Shown here piece by piece: positions 63,567-64,000 of a stretch of DNA of 64,000 bases (position 1 is the first letter of the stretch; each line of letters begins with the position of its first letter). This DNA is from Nannocystis bainbridge (GTDB lineage Bacteria; Myxococcota_A; Polyangia; Nannocystales; Nannocystaceae). Position numbers and translations under genes: made by a program. Below the pieces are notes generated by a model, which did no database searches, was not told the DNA's origin, and saw nothing but the letters and a program-made list of their open reading frames with translations. The stretch lies in NCBI RefSeq assembly GCF_028368995.1, contig NZ_JAQNDL010000003.1, positions 704,001 through 768,000 on the forward strand, in the 5' to 3' direction.

Positions 63567-64000
63567 ACGATCCTCCGGGCAGGCGGCGAGCCGCGCCGTT
63601 GCGCCGTTGCACGCGGCGCCGCGGTGCACTTCACCGTTATTTCATTCTCATTCTATCATGGGTTCATGTTGGTTCCAGAGCGATTTTTTACATCGCTACT
63701 CTGGAGGGGTCCAGGGCCCTCCGCAAGGGCGGCGCACCTGGCGCAGGTGTCATAACTGTCTCGAAGCTCCCCCAGCAAATCTGACGGCGCCGTGGGGCGC
63801 TCATGCCGGCTGATCCGGGTGAGCGCCGCAGGTCAGCGATGGTCGCGCCAGCCTCGGCAAATCGAAACATACTGGTTCGCGTGAGCAGCATGTTATGGCA
63901 AGTTCGACGCGATGACGCCCGTCTCGACTCAGGATGAAGCCTGCACGCTCGCGCATCCCACCACCTCGTCTTTTGCCGCCTGGATGGCAGGCTCCGCTGA

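Noticed and set aside
63688-64000. CDS at the right edge
   Set aside because: Short ORFs in several frames with no motif or clear codon bias. Flanking sequence is needed.

Overview
High-GC DNA whose gene content (lipoproteins with Thr/Asp-rich linkers, a Ser/Thr kinase-TPR protein, Cys-rich CDDGN repeats) suggests a myxobacterium, probably Nannocystis/Polyangia-like. That assignment is inference. The left ~41 kb looks native and encodes envelope lipoproteins, a sedolisin-type protease, an ABC-type ATPase plus partner pair, an RpoD-like sigma factor and a kinase. Its centrepiece is a tightly coupled ~18 kb five-gene operon (9122-27336) with a double-CapC membrane fusion, two large exported proteins (one with TPR-like helices and a likely beta-barrel), a zinc-hydrolase-like lipoprotein and a HEAT-repeat/CapB fusion. 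This looks like a Gram-negative, synthase-dependent poly-gamma-glutamate synthesis and export machine. The same left part carries a 14-bp palindrome, TGTCC-N4-GGACA, at about 40 loci counted by eye. It often forms head-to-tail 14-bp arrays and sits in in-frame expansions inside genes, and no good copy was seen beyond ~38.5 kb. The right ~22 kb looks like accessory or decayed DNA: a LysR stub, BRCT-SMI1 protein, sulfatase, CoA-transferase, czcBA with a collapsed czcC, two P-type ATPases, ppsA, and small phage-like genes. No rRNA, tRNA or CRISPR array was seen. All family calls come from motifs recognised by eye; no database search was run.
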